Positions 21,225 to 32,162 of a DNA stretch of 64,000 bases are shown piece after piece. A model generated the notes under the pieces. That model saw only the letters and a list, made by a program, of their open reading frames with translations. It was not told the origin of the DNA and did no database searches. Positions within the stretch are counted from its first letter, which is position 1. The number at the start of each line of letters is the position of its first letter. The position numbers and the translations under genes are program-made. The stretch lies in the sequence record MK327928.1. One strand, given 5' to 3'. The stretch is from Escherichia phage vB_EcoM_G2133.

Positions 21225-21236
21225 GGCCCGAAGGCC
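21225..21236 (-). terminator. Hairpin ggcccGAAggcc
   Basis: GC stem right after stop of ORF 21238..21426. Confidence 0.5.
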
Positions 21237-21237
21237 T

Positions 21238-21426
21238 TTAATAATCTATTGGTAAGAGAGTACGATATATTTCAAACTTTGGACCTTTTTCATAGGTATC
21301 AAATGTTTCTGTGAATTTATTATAAGCATATGCATCTATAAATTCAATCATAATTTGTGATACAGAAGTAGAAACATCTCCACCTTCTTTTTGAGCCACG
21401 ACAATTGTTTCTAAGTAAGCTTTCAT
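21238..21426 (-). CDS. Hypothetical small protein
   Basis: 62-aa ORF overlapping gp30 stop (ATGA). Confidence 0.5.
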   Translation of the reverse strand: MKAYLETIVVAQKEGGDVSTSVSQIMIEFIDAYAYNKFTETFDTYEKGPKFEIYRTLLPIDY

Positions 21427-22886
21427 AGACCAGTTACCTCATGAAAATCACCAAATACATCCTCGAATGTATTAGCTTTAGTTTTATCTTCACGCAAACG
21501 AATCGCAATCGGAAGAAATAATTTAACGTAATCAGTGCGGCCATCAGATTTTAACCAACCGTTGCATTCGCACTCTAGAATTTTTCCAATATAATAATTT
21601 TGGTTTTCCATAATGCGAGTACGGTCAAGTTCATGCGATTTTACACCGGCTTTATCTTTTAAGCCTGAACCAGCATTTACTTTAATTTTTCCACACTCTG
21701 ATTCAAGAATGAAACCACCTGCTTTAGTAGGGTCTTTACGGTGAGGATAAATTCCTACAATTTTTAAATCAACATCAATTACTTCTTTAAATTTATAAAG
21801 ATTTTTTGAACGAGCATTTTCCCATAATCCATCGATATTTTTGAGAATAATACCTTCAAGACCTTGGTCAATATACTTTTTGTAAATTACCTTAGCTTCA
21901 TCTAGGTTATTTACTACTTGGTTTTCAATTAAAATTACTTTATCATAGCCTGATGTCATTTGTTCTAGTTTAGAAAAACGTACATCATATTTTAAACGAA
22001 ATGCTGGAAGACCATATATTTCTACTAATGGAACATAATCCCAGACCTGAAACTTCATGCATTGTGCTTCTTTTTCAGAAATGGTTCCCTTTAAAGATTT
22101 ATTGGCGATGCCATTAGATGCAGTACGTGATTCAGCTACTTCGGCGAATTCTTTAGCTTTACTAATTTCAGGATAAGCATCAAAAAGAAAATCTAGGCCT
22201 TCTGGTTCCTTTTCAACTTGCTCATGGTATACCAATTCGCCATCAATTAACACACCTTCTGGATGAATCTGGCGGGCTTCAGCAGTCATTTTGATTAACT
22301 CTTCCTTAAGAAGATCTAATCCTAGATATTCATTGCCAGCTCGTGATAAAAGACGAACATCATCTAATTCATCACCTCTGACTTCGGCAAAGCACCGAGC
22401 TCCATCAGCTTTTAACTGGGCAAAGGCTGGAAATTTGATATTCTTATTAATGCCTTTTTCATCATAAGAACTTGCAAGCATTTGAGGTTGTTCAGGAATT
22501 AAACCTGGCCAAACTTTGTTCGCAATAGATACTGAAGCGCCACATTCAAGGTCTCGCATCATCACTCGACGCAAAACTTCAACATCATCTTTTTTACCAT
22601 CGGTGATGTATCCAATTAATTCCTCAATCGCCGCATTTCCAGTCAATTTCCGAGTAGCTAACGTGAATTCAATGAAGTCAAGCATATCGGTAAGAGTCAA
22701 CATTCCAAAACTCTGGGTAGCAATACCAGGTTTAGGCCATTTCTTGATATAATACTGTAACCCACGAGAATAAGTCAGACGATATACTCGTTTAAGCAAT
22801 TCATTATCTTTATTCTTTTCAAGAATTGCTTGCTTCTGCTTAGTTGAACCAATAGATGCTATTTCGTTCAGAATTTTAAGAATCAT
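21423..22886 (-). CDS. 30: ATP-dependent DNA ligase gp30
   Basis: 487 aa; adenylation lysine motif KADGARC. Confidence 0.9.
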   Translation of the reverse strand: MILKILNEIASIGSTKQKQAILEKNKDNELLKRVYRLTYSRGLQYYIKKWPKPGIATQSFGMLTLTDMLDFIEFTLATRKLTGNAAIEELIGYITDGKKDDVEVLRRVMMRDLECGASVSIANKVWPGLIPEQPQMLASSYDEKGINKNIKFPAFAQLKADGARCFAEVRGDELDDVRLLSRAGNEYLGLDLLKEELIKMTAEARQIHPEGVLIDGELVYHEQVEKEPEGLDFLFDAYPEISKAKEFAEVAESRTASNGIANKSLKGTISEKEAQCMKFQVWDYVPLVEIYGLPAFRLKYDVRFSKLEQMTSGYDKVILIENQVVNNLDEAKVIYKKYIDQGLEGIILKNIDGLWENARSKNLYKFKEVIDVDLKIVGIYPHRKDPTKAGGFILESECGKIKVNAGSGLKDKAGVKSHELDRTRIMENQNYYIGKILECECNGWLKSDGRTDYVKLFLPIAIRLREDKTKANTFEDVFGDFHEVTGL

Positions 22887-23152
22887 TGTTCATCCTTTAG
22901 AGTTTGGTTTACAGCTCTATTATAAATCAATTCATCATTAAGCTCAGTCAAAGACCTGTGGTACGTTGTTCTAACTTTATTTCCTTGCATCCAGTGCTTG
23001 ACGTAAATGAAACCTTGCTCTACACATTTTTTAAAAATTCGTTCGTCTTTTTGAGCTCGGAATTCTGGATTGCATCTAAAAAATTGATTTACGTGACCGT
23101 AATCACGTGTAGTATTACCTTCATTTTCATAAATAGTGTGAACGACAAACAT
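22883..23152 (-). CDS. Hypothetical protein (30.1-like)
   Basis: 89-aa ORF, coupled. Confidence 0.5.
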   Translation of the reverse strand: MFVVHTIYENEGNTTRDYGHVNQFFRCNPEFRAQKDERIFKKCVEQGFIYVKHWMQGNKVRTTYHRSLTELNDELIYNRAVNQTLKDEQ

Positions 23153-24006
23153 TAGAATGCTCCTTGGAAAATATTATCACCACTACCACTAGTAAGTCTA
23201 TTAAAATACCCTGCATCGCCAGGCTTAATATAACTCCACGTATGGAATGGATGCATCTGGTGTGAGTGCGTATAATATGGATGATATGGATTATAAGGAT
23301 TAAATCCAGGAGTTCTCCAGGTAGTGTTCCAAGGAAAAGAATCGTTTTTGATCATCTTCTCGATTGCATCTTTTATAGCTTTTTCACTATCAAAACTTTC
23401 TTTATTTTCCTTCGGTGAAAAAAGCTTATTCTCTACATCATTCCATGTATAAACTCGCTGAGCAGTTTTTGGAATACTGTCACGCTCCCCTCGAGCCATC
23501 CAATAAACAGGAACACTTAATATTTCACTCGCATGATCGCAGTGGTGAGCGAGATCGTCGATATAACAAATTACGTTATATTTCTCTTTTGCCTTTTTGA
23601 ACAACTCTTCTTTTGAAGAATCATGACCACACATCAATACTTCTGAGAAGGCACCAGGAAAAAGAGCATTCAAATTAAATTGACGATTCAACAAAGCATC
23701 AATAGAATCACCCAATGCTGTAACAGCTACAAAATTATAATCTTCTTTTAATTTGTTAATTACACACAGGGCATCTTTATATGGAGACAAATAGCGAATA
23801 AAATCTGAACGATTATACTTTTCGATTAATTTAACACCGAGTTCTTCATCGCAATTAAAGAGCTTACCAGGAGAAATAAATTTTTCGTCCTGAATCATTT
23901 TTAAAATATGTTCTAATGGAAGATTATATTTTTGGGCAAAATAAGGAAGACCTGATTGCCAGCTTAAACATACTCCATCAATATCAGTTAAAATAGTAGG
24001 CTTCAT
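23152..24006 (-). CDS. HAD-like hydrolase-fold protein with Pro/Tyr/His-rich C-terminal tail (30.2-like position)
   Basis: 284 aa; N-terminal ILTDIDGV (HAD motif I), later VAVTAL, KEELFKKAK, ICYIDD; tail NPYNPYHPYYTHSHQMHPFHTW. Confidence 0.5.
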   Translation of the reverse strand: MKPTILTDIDGVCLSWQSGLPYFAQKYNLPLEHILKMIQDEKFISPGKLFNCDEELGVKLIEKYNRSDFIRYLSPYKDALCVINKLKEDYNFVAVTALGDSIDALLNRQFNLNALFPGAFSEVLMCGHDSSKEELFKKAKEKYNVICYIDDLAHHCDHASEILSVPVYWMARGERDSIPKTAQRVYTWNDVENKLFSPKENKESFDSEKAIKDAIEKMIKNDSFPWNTTWRTPGFNPYNPYHPYYTHSHQMHPFHTWSYIKPGDAGYFNRLTSGSGDNIFQGAF

Positions 24007-24467
24007 AGAGAGTCTCTTAATAGGTTTAACACATCAATAAATTCAGCTTCGGTTAGTATTGTATCATCTTTTGTTAGACCACTAGCCATGCTGTGCTTCA
24101 AAACTTTTCCTTTCGAGGCTTGTAATGCATCGCGAAAGCCCCTATTTTGGATCGCTGCTTCAAAATATGCATTTGTGTATAATTCTTTCCACGCTGGGGA
24201 GTATCTTGAAAATGGAACTCCAAGCCAGAAGAGGGTCCCACGGTCCTGAGCTCTAGCATAAGACCTTCCAGCTTGTTGGGCGGCAAGCCCAGATAACCCA
24301 AATATACGACGTTGTTGTTCAACGTTTTTCACCTTGCATCCTTGGAGGAATCCTTCAAGACCTCCAAATTGAATACCATCCATAACGAAAGGCCAATGGG
24401 CGAAATTACTTAATGCGCATGATGGCCACCTAAAATTGCTTCTAATCTCTAACTCAGACATTTTCAA
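24003..24467 (-). CDS. NADAR/YbiA-like domain protein (30.3-like position)
   Basis: 154 aa; LSNFAHWPFVMDGIQFGGLEGFLQGCKV resembles the YbiA signature FSNFAAWP…DG…EHYFQAQKF (recalled from memory). Confidence 0.5.
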   Translation of the reverse strand: MKMSELEIRSNFRWPSCALSNFAHWPFVMDGIQFGGLEGFLQGCKVKNVEQQRRIFGLSGLAAQQAGRSYARAQDRGTLFWLGVPFSRYSPAWKELYTNAYFEAAIQNRGFRDALQASKGKVLKHSMASGLTKDDTILTEAEFIDVLNLLRDSL

Positions 24468-24660
24468 TGCTTATAATTTCAACATCAGCCCAATGACCAT
24501 AGCAAGGAAGACGAAATTCAACTGGCCAGTTAGGGTCCTTTTCTAATATAATAGACTCAACTTGTGGTTCTTCGTGTTCATCAGTATACGGATTTTTATC
24601 TGTTACTTTATATGTGACCTTAATGTACTGAATTCCAAAAATCTTATTAATTATATTCAT
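24454..24660 (-). CDS. Hypothetical protein
   Basis: 68-aa ORF. Confidence 0.45.
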   Translation of the reverse strand: MNIINKIFGIQYIKVTYKVTDKNPYTDEHEEPQVESIILEKDPNWPVEFRLPCYGHWADVEIISIENV

Positions 24661-24854
24661 ACTAATTCCTTTAATCCGTAGATAGGAGATAATTCATCGC
24701 CCATATGAAGGTCTTCATTTCCATCTACCCAAGAAACAATATAAGCCTCTTTTACTTGAACGTCTCCCAATTTAAATGCGGGTAAAACCTTAGAAATTAA
24801 TCCAGGTATACCAACTCCCTTTAATTCAACAGTTTGGCCTAAAAAGAATTTCAT
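24657..24854 (-). CDS. Hypothetical protein
   Basis: 65-aa ORF. Confidence 0.45.
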   Translation of the reverse strand: MKFFLGQTVELKGVGIPGLISKVLPAFKLGDVQVKEAYIVSWVDGNEDLHMGDELSPIYGLKELV

Positions 24855-25141
24855 TAGAACCTCATCTGAAAACCATGTGATTTAACATTACCGCCATTAA
24901 TATCAGAACTATTAATTTCACGTGCAATTGAGGGGTCAATGTCAATTTCGCCATTAAGTTTAATGATAGACAAAGTATCACGCCCATTTACTGTGCGGAA
25001 CTCTAAAGGACAAACCACATCAACGTAGTTTTTAATCGATTCACTGGTAGGCTGCAAATGAGCAGGAAGGTCTTTAGGCGCCTTTGAGAAAACTACTTCA
25101 CAGAAGTTTTTACGAATATCAAAATAAGTGGTCATAAACAT
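24854..25141 (-). CDS. Hypothetical protein (start set at internal Met; longest ORF would run to 25192)
   Basis: The longer ORF would read through the hairpin at 25159-25172. Confidence 0.45.
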   Translation of the reverse strand: MFMTTYFDIRKNFCEVVFSKAPKDLPAHLQPTSESIKNYVDVVCPLEFRTVNGRDTLSIIKLNGEIDIDPSIAREINSSDINGGNVKSHGFQMRF

Positions 25142-25158
25142 AGTATTTTCCTCAATAA

Positions 25159-25172
25159 GGGGCCGAAGCCCC
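25159..25172 (-). terminator. Hairpin ggggccGAAGcccc
   Basis: Perfect GC stem in intergenic position. Confidence 0.5.
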
Positions 25173-25181
25173 TGTTTTATT

Positions 25182-25547
25182 TTAAATATCAAATTCGTTA
25201 AGAACTACATCAAAGATTGCTTCAAGATGCTCAGGTTTAGCTCTGTTACTCAAAATATGACGAATCCAAGTTTTAACCAGAAGCTTACGATTGACGCCAT
25301 TCCAGCAAGGATGAGTCCCTAAATCACGTTGACGAAAATCATCATCCAGAGCGATTTTAAAGTTGGAACCTTCCATTGTGATTGAAACCGTGATGCCATT
25401 TTCAAATCGCATATAAACGTAATTAGGAGTCATATACTGTTCAATTTCGCATACTGATCCATTTTGATGTTTCCAAAGGCAAATAGTATCAATAGAACCT
25501 GCAATACCATTAGAAACATATTTACGTTCAAAGTTGATGTAGTTCAT
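25182..25547 (-). CDS. Hypothetical protein
   Basis: 121-aa ORF. Confidence 0.5.
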   Translation of the reverse strand: MNYINFERKYVSNGIAGSIDTICLWKHQNGSVCEIEQYMTPNYVYMRFENGITVSITMEGSNFKIALDDDFRQRDLGTHPCWNGVNRKLLVKTWIRHILSNRAKPEHLEAIFDVVLNEFDI

Positions 25548-25615
25548 TTTTGTTCTCCGAGATGTTTAATTGCGGTACAGGTATATAATATCATATCCTG
25601 TACCAAAGTAAACAA

Positions 25616-25948
25616 TTATTTTACTACTTTCCAATGCTGCATGTCAAGTTTACCAACTTTTTTCATCTTCTCAATTAAGCGTTCGGCACGTTGGCGAGCT
25701 GTAACATAATGCCATTCGCCTAATTCATTTTGTTCAATTTTTCCAACGATTACTGTATTCAATTCATAAATCCAACCAGTAAAGAAATTATGAACTTGAA
25801 TTGTAAAGGTGAAATCTGTTCCCATACCTTCTGTTGTTTCTACTTCAATAATATCACCTTCAACTGCCATTAAGAACCACATAGTTTCATCATATTTACC
25901 ATTGAAGCATTTAGTTTTAACTGCAGCGTTCAGATTAATCGTTTTCAT
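25616..25948 (-). CDS. Hypothetical protein
   Basis: 110-aa ORF. Confidence 0.5.
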   Translation of the reverse strand: MKTINLNAAVKTKCFNGKYDETMWFLMAVEGDIIEVETTEGMGTDFTFTIQVHNFFTGWIYELNTVIVGKIEQNELGEWHYVTARQRAERLIEKMKKVGKLDMQHWKVVK

Positions 25949-26034
25949 TTTATTCTCCTTTGTTTGTGTAAGATAATACTATCACAAAGGAACCATACTG
26001 TAAACAACTTTGTGCAATCTTTGGAAAATAAAAA

Positions 26035-26054
26035 AGGACTCCCGAAGGAGTCCT
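26035..26054 (-). terminator. Hairpin aggactccCGAAggagtcct with U-run on minus strand
   Basis: 8-bp stem, A-run on plus side upstream. Confidence 0.6.
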
Positions 26055-26058
26055 CAAC

Positions 26059-26277
26059 TTATGCTTTCTGCTTACCAAAACGAGAAGCATCATCTCGAAG
26101 AACCGCACGTGCTCGGCGCATGATCTTCTCAACAGTTTGATTGATACGAGAGTTCGACCCACGCTTGTAGCCAGCGCGTTTAGAATCACCAACTTTCTTT
26201 TCAACTGCTTTCTTTGCTTTAGCTTGTTTTGCCATTATAAATTCTCTTTTAAATGAAAATGCAGGACTTATTGGCAT
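26059..26277 (-). CDS. Small basic protein (probable true start at MAKQAKAKK…)
   Basis: 72-aa ORF, Lys/Arg rich. Confidence 0.45.
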   Translation of the reverse strand: MPISPAFSFKREFIMAKQAKAKKAVEKKVGDSKRAGYKRGSNSRINQTVEKIMRRARAVLRDDASRFGKQKA

Positions 26278-26354
26278 TGCCTGCGCAAGCCCTCAAGGGG
26301 TACTTAGGTTTTGAATATTTACCGACAGGATAACCATAAACCTCGTCAACATAA

Positions 26355-26603
26355 TTACTTCAATGTTACCACAAAGTGACGAACTGCTTTTCGTGCAGCA
26401 GAAGCCAGAGGCTTAGCATATTTAAGTTCATCTTTTTCCTGAAGCTCAGCAGCTAATGCAGTTTGAGCAGGATTTAGATGTTTGAAATAACGCAGGATTT
26501 CAAGAGCTTCGGCTTCAACATCAATAGATGCGCCATAGTTTTCGTGACCATTATTCCATGCGTTTCGTTGCAGTTCAAGAGCGTGTTGTAATTGTTTAAT
26601 CAT
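26355..26603 (-). CDS. rIII: rIII lysis inhibition accessory protein
   Basis: 82 aa; MIKQLQHALELQRNAWNNGHENYG…; immediately before gene 31. Confidence 0.8.
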   Translation of the reverse strand: MIKQLQHALELQRNAWNNGHENYGASIDVEAEALEILRYFKHLNPAQTALAAELQEKDELKYAKPLASAARKAVRHFVVTLK

Positions 26604-26750
26604 TTAAAAATTCTCGTTAGAGATTAAAACTCGGTAGTCACGTTCTTCTGAATTTCATCTTCTTTCGACAGATCTCTCAGTTGTAGACTACCACATAGAA
26701 TTGTTCGGTTAACTTATTATTCCGACACCCAATTCATATTATTATTTATA

Positions 26751-27086
26751 TCACTTATAAAGACACGGAATAGCTTTATAGTGACAAGTAACGAATTTTT
26801 GTTTAATTTCTTTTGGCTGCTTAAGACCCAGAGCTACAAAAGGATGCGGAACATTTCGAATTTGACCAACTGGAAGAGAAGTCAAATCGCCAACTTCGCA
26901 GAAACCTTCAGGAACATCAGGACCGACAGAGTGAACTACACACAGTTCAGGAACTTCACCTTGGACACGTTTACCAATAATAAGTCCTGATTCTGTAACT
27001 TCTTCATCACCGGCTTGTGCAGGTTCAGAAACTAAAATAACATATTCACCGACAGCACGAATTGGTAGCTGTTGTACTTCAGACAT
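26751..27086 (-). CDS. 31: Co-chaperonin gp31 (GroES-like)
   Basis: 111 aa; [19 protein letters not shown]…. Confidence 0.9.
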
Positions 27087-27142
27087 CGTTTTTCCTTTTT
27101 GTTAACAGATGAATTAATAATAACAAATAATTCTTAAAGCAT

Positions 27143-27451
27143 TTATTTACCAATAAATTGAAGCAAATGCTCAACTTTCATACCATTAACAGAAATCAAT
27201 TTGTCAATAGAAAAACCTCGCCATGCGCCAAGTTCAACATCAAATACTGGAATCATGTCAGTAGATTCTTTCCGAGTAGATTCAGTCAATTTACCAGTTT
27301 GCATGGTTGGCATAAAGTCTGCATCACGCGTACCTTTCATAGTACGAATAGTACCATCAGACTTTTCAAAAACTACGTTTGAAACACCCATAAACAGTTT
27401 AGTTTTCAAAATTTCACGAATTGCTACTTTCTGCTCAGTTGTCAGTTTCAT
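27143..27451 (-). CDS. Hypothetical protein (31.1-like)
   Basis: 102-aa ORF. Confidence 0.5.
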   Translation of the reverse strand: MKLTTEQKVAIREILKTKLFMGVSNVVFEKSDGTIRTMKGTRDADFMPTMQTGKLTESTRKESTDMIPVFDVELGAWRGFSIDKLISVNGMKVEHLLQFIGK

Positions 27452-27691
27452 TTATTTACCTATCACAGTTTTAATATGAGTTGTTCCACGTTCTTTAAGG
27501 GTGGAAAGTAATTTTTGGCATTTTTCTAAATCAGATTTCCAACTATATGGTCTATCAATACTAGTCCAATCAGTTTTATAATACTGTTTCCATTTAGAGA
27601 AAAAATATTTCTTATACTCTACAGCAAATGAGATGTTCTCGTTAGAATAAGAACTAATTGCTGTGAGCTTTACCAAACGAAATTTCATCAT
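27452..27691 (-). CDS. Hypothetical protein (31.2-like)
   Basis: 79-aa ORF. Confidence 0.5.
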   Translation of the reverse strand: MMKFRLVKLTAISSYSNENISFAVEYKKYFFSKWKQYYKTDWTSIDRPYSWKSDLEKCQKLLSTLKERGTTHIKTVIGK

Positions 27692-28269
27692 TCACCACAG
27701 AATTCGTTGATATTTTCCCAGTTTAACTTATTCAAGTTTTTCTTAGGAACATTAAACACTTCAATACCTGCATTTCGCAAAATATCATCCCAACCAGGTT
27801 TATTTTTGTCGTATGTTTCGCAATAAACTAGTTTTTTAATTCCAGATTGAGCTATCGCTTTTGCGCAATCCGGACATGGAGAAAGTGTTACATACATAGT
27901 AGCACCTTCAATAGAAGAACCATTTCGTGCAGCAAACAAAATTGCATTTAGTTCAGCATGAATTTCATTTTTAGATGACCATTCCGAGTGAGCACTACGA
28001 TGTTCTTTTGCCAAGACAAAACGATCAGTTGAACCAAATGATACGCATTCAGGCTTATGGCCTTGAATGATAGTATGTTTAGGCTTATTCAACAACCATC
28101 CTTGCTCAGCAGCATAATCACAACAGTTCACACCCCCTGCTGGTGAACCATTATACCCAGTAGAAATAATACGTCCATTCTTTTCAATTACTGCTCCTAC
28201 CTTCCAGGAGCAACATTTTGATTCTTGTGATACTAAATATGCAATTTGAAGTACTGTACTCGCTTTCAT
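27688..28269 (-). CDS. cd: dCMP deaminase
   Basis: 193 aa; zinc motifs HAELNA and PCPDCAK. Confidence 0.9.
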   Translation of the reverse strand: MKASTVLQIAYLVSQESKCCSWKVGAVIEKNGRIISTGYNGSPAGGVNCCDYAAEQGWLLNKPKHTIIQGHKPECVSFGSTDRFVLAKEHRSAHSEWSSKNEIHAELNAILFAARNGSSIEGATMYVTLSPCPDCAKAIAQSGIKKLVYCETYDKNKPGWDDILRNAGIEVFNVPKKNLNKLNWENINEFCGE

Positions 28270-28604
28270 TTCATAATCACCAGATAAGCAGATTTAGCAG
28301 TTTCAACACGATAAATTTCGTGACGAAGTTTAGTTATACTTTTAATAACAGAACTAATTATATTCTGCCCATCTTTAAAGCGGTTTTTCTTGTCAATAAA
28401 AATTGCACCAACCATCTTTTTGTGAAGCTCAACTGGATACTTCGTCACAATAATAGCATCATATACAGAAGGATGAATACTATTTACTAGAGTGTCATTC
28501 ATTAAAGTTATTCTAATGAACTGTGCTGTTTCAGAGTCAAGCGCTCTATGATCGCCAGTATCATTTTCAAGACAATTATCAATTATATCAGTTAAATTCA
28601 TCAT
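28266..28604 (-). CDS. Hypothetical protein (cd.1-like)
   Basis: 112-aa ORF. Confidence 0.45.
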   Translation of the reverse strand: MMNLTDIIDNCLENDTGDHRALDSETAQFIRITLMNDTLVNSIHPSVYDAIIVTKYPVELHKKMVGAIFIDKKNRFKDGQNIISSVIKSITKLRHEIYRVETAKSAYLVIMK

Positions 28605-28936
28605 AGTACGCCATACACCCTTTGTGCTTCAACTAATCCATCAAAATCCAGTTTAAGATGCGATATTTGATCGCCATCGCCTGGATTCACAATTACTAAT
28701 ACTGAACGAGGAGTTTCGGTAATAACACGAACCGATGTTTCAGGAAATCGTTCAGAAACCTTATTTACCAATTCCTGAGCAAATAGTTTAACTTTTTCTT
28801 GGAATTCTTTAACAGTAATTGGTTTTTCACTTAGCAGCATTTTGTTTTCCTCATTTGTTTGGTAGAGCCATAATATCACAACTCTACCGTAAAGTAAACT
28901 ATTAAATCGCTTTGAATTCCGCAGTTTGAGATTCAA
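28601..28936 (-). CDS. Hypothetical protein (start uncertain)
   Basis: 111-aa ORF overlapping next; internal Met possible start. Confidence 0.4.
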   Translation of the reverse strand: MNLKLRNSKRFNSLLYGRVVILWLYQTNEENKMLLSEKPITVKEFQEKVKLFAQELVNKVSERFPETSVRVITETPRSVLVIVNPGDGDQISHLKLDFDGLVEAQRVYGVL

Positions 28937-29207
28937 AGCGAATGTCGCCTTTGATAACTAGCTCAGCATCAAGACCAAATACGACAATGATATGCGCGGA
29001 ACCTGGATACAGCGTAATGGCAACAGAATCCACCTGGTCTGGAAGCAAAGTGTTTAATACATGAGTCACTTGAGCATGGATTCGAAGCTCAGCTGCGTTA
29101 TCAAGTTTTTCAAACATATTATTAGCGATAATTTGGCTAAACACTACTTCTACGATTTTAGAATAAGTCGGAAACATATTTACCTCACATAATTTTCTTC
29201 GAGCCAA
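28902..29207 (-). CDS. Hypothetical protein
   Basis: 101-aa ORF. Confidence 0.45.
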   Translation of the reverse strand: MARRKLCEVNMFPTYSKIVEVVFSQIIANNMFEKLDNAAELRIHAQVTHVLNTLLPDQVDSVAITLYPGSAHIIVVFGLDAELVIKGDIRFESQTAEFKAI

Positions 29208-29372
29208 TCAATAACATCCAACGCATTATCAAAAGTTGAACCATCTACTTTGTCTTCTGTTTCATAATCAAGAACATCTAAACCTACTCTTCCATCAACA
29301 ATAGGCCATAAACAAAATAGATATTTCTTTTCTTTTTCAATTTTATCACAAAGACGATAAATCTTTTCTATG

Positions 29373-29380
<8 letters not shown>
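29180..29380 (-). CDS. Hypothetical protein
   Basis: 66-aa ORF. Confidence 0.45.
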
Positions 29381-30788
<1,408 letters not shown>

Positions 30789-30792
<4 letters not shown>

Positions 30793-31019
30793 TTATTTTT
30801 CTCAACCAATGATTGAATATAATCATGCAGGTCTTTAGATGCTTTACCCCACTTATTTTGATATTCATTTTTGAGATTAGCACGTGATTGAGCTAATAAA
30901 ACATCATTAGTTGGAGGTAAAGATTCTAATCGCTGAATCTGGCGTCCATAAATCATTGCAGCCATCTCGGATTCATAAATCAATCCTTTGAGATGTTCAA
31001 ATTGATGCCATGAAATCAT
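30789..31019 (-). CDS. Hypothetical protein
   Basis: 76-aa ORF. Confidence 0.5.
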
Positions 31020-31315
31020 TTACATTTATCCTCTTTTAACTTTTGACGATAATAACATATCATAGTTTTCTGGTCATGTACATATCGTTTTACATCATTA
31101 AGCCAAATACGAAATTCCTGGGAATCTTCAAATGGCATACCGACCCAAGCTTTACCATCAATAACTTTAACTTGCCAAGATAATTTAGCTTCGTCATATG
31201 ACTTTATTTGTACAGGCCAATTAGGATGAATTGTTTCTTTCTTTACTTCTAGAGGCTTTGTCGAACAACCAACTAGAAGACCAATAGATAATATTACTGC
31301 TGATAGTTTAATCAT
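31016..31315 (-). CDS. Predicted outer-membrane lipoprotein (o-spanin-like)
   Basis: 99 aa; signal peptide plus lipobox LLVGC; overlaps upstream ORF by 4 nt. Confidence 0.6.
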   Translation of the reverse strand: MIKLSAVILSIGLLVGCSTKPLEVKKETIHPNWPVQIKSYDEAKLSWQVKVIDGKAWVGMPFEDSQEFRIWLNDVKRYVHDQKTMICYYRQKLKEDKCK

Positions 31316-31665
31316 TTAGAAAGGTCCTGGATGTCTTCTGCGAACTTGTTGAAGGAGTTGTTAATTTGTTTTTCAACCAATCCTGGCTTATGAGCCACCA
31401 CATCCGCCTTCTTTGCATCTTTGCGCAGTTTTTCATTTTCACGCTCAATAGCAGCAATTGCCTCACGATTTTTATTATTCATCGCATCAATATAATTATA
31501 CTGAATTCGCAAATTATTTAATGCTAAGGCGTTTTCATTGGCCGTTTTTGTAATTTCAGTAACTGATGTTTCTAATCTTTCTACCTTATTTTTTAAAATA
31601 ATAGATGTTCCGCCAAATGCTATTACAAGTAATAGCAATCCAGCTGTAAAATTACTTACATGCAT
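31312..31665 (-). CDS. Predicted inner-membrane coiled-coil protein (i-spanin-like)
   Basis: 117 aa; N-terminal TM helix then coiled coil; paired with lipoprotein gene. Confidence 0.55.
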   Translation of the reverse strand: MHVSNFTAGLLLLVIAFGGTSIILKNKVERLETSVTEITKTANENALALNNLRIQYNYIDAMNNKNREAIAAIERENEKLRKDAKKADVVAHKPGLVEKQINNSFNKFAEDIQDLSK

Positions 31666-32162
31666 AAAGTTTTAATAACCTCTATAATATCGTCTTGAGA
31701 AAGACCGTTAATTAAAATATGATGTTCAGCTGGAGATTTAGAAATTTTAAAGCATGCCTCAACATCTTCTGCCATATCCGATGCACTACGATTTGGATTA
31801 CTAATTCCAAGACGATGCTTTCCAGTCAAAGGATTAACGATGATATAGCATTTACAACTATTGATATGAACATTAGGTTGAGTCTGATTAATAAATACAT
31901 CACAATCATATTTCGCAAGCTGATTTTCTAAAAAGACTTTCATCTCTTCAACCGCATCAGGAAGCATATCACGGGCTTGCTCAAGACGACGATTTCGATA
32001 TTCTTTAATGGTCGTTTTCCGCTTGACTTGCTTAGCTAAATCTTTCTTAAGATCGGTGATATATCCAACTCGACGGTTTCCTTTAAATACAGAAATCCCA
32101 TCTGTAGTATCACCGTATGCTTCAACGACCATTTCAGTAGTAATTAGCTGCAAATCCATCAT
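31656..32162 (-). CDS. alc: Alc host-transcription termination protein
   Basis: 168 aa; T4 position between pseT cluster and rnlA. Confidence 0.7.
   Translation of the reverse strand: MMDLQLITTEMVVEAYGDTTDGISVFKGNRRVGYITDLKKDLAKQVKRKTTIKEYRNRRLEQARDMLPDAVEEMKVFLENQLAKYDCDVFINQTQPNVHINSCKCYIIVNPLTGKHRLGISNPNRSASDMAEDVEACFKISKSPAEHHILINGLSQDDIIEVIKTLCM

Noticed and set aside
26641-26750. Possible promoter-like element upstream of rIII (gttgtagactaccacatagaattgttcggttaac)
   Set aside because: It resembles the repeated early-promoter family only loosely, and the -35/-10 spacing could not be set convincingly by eye.
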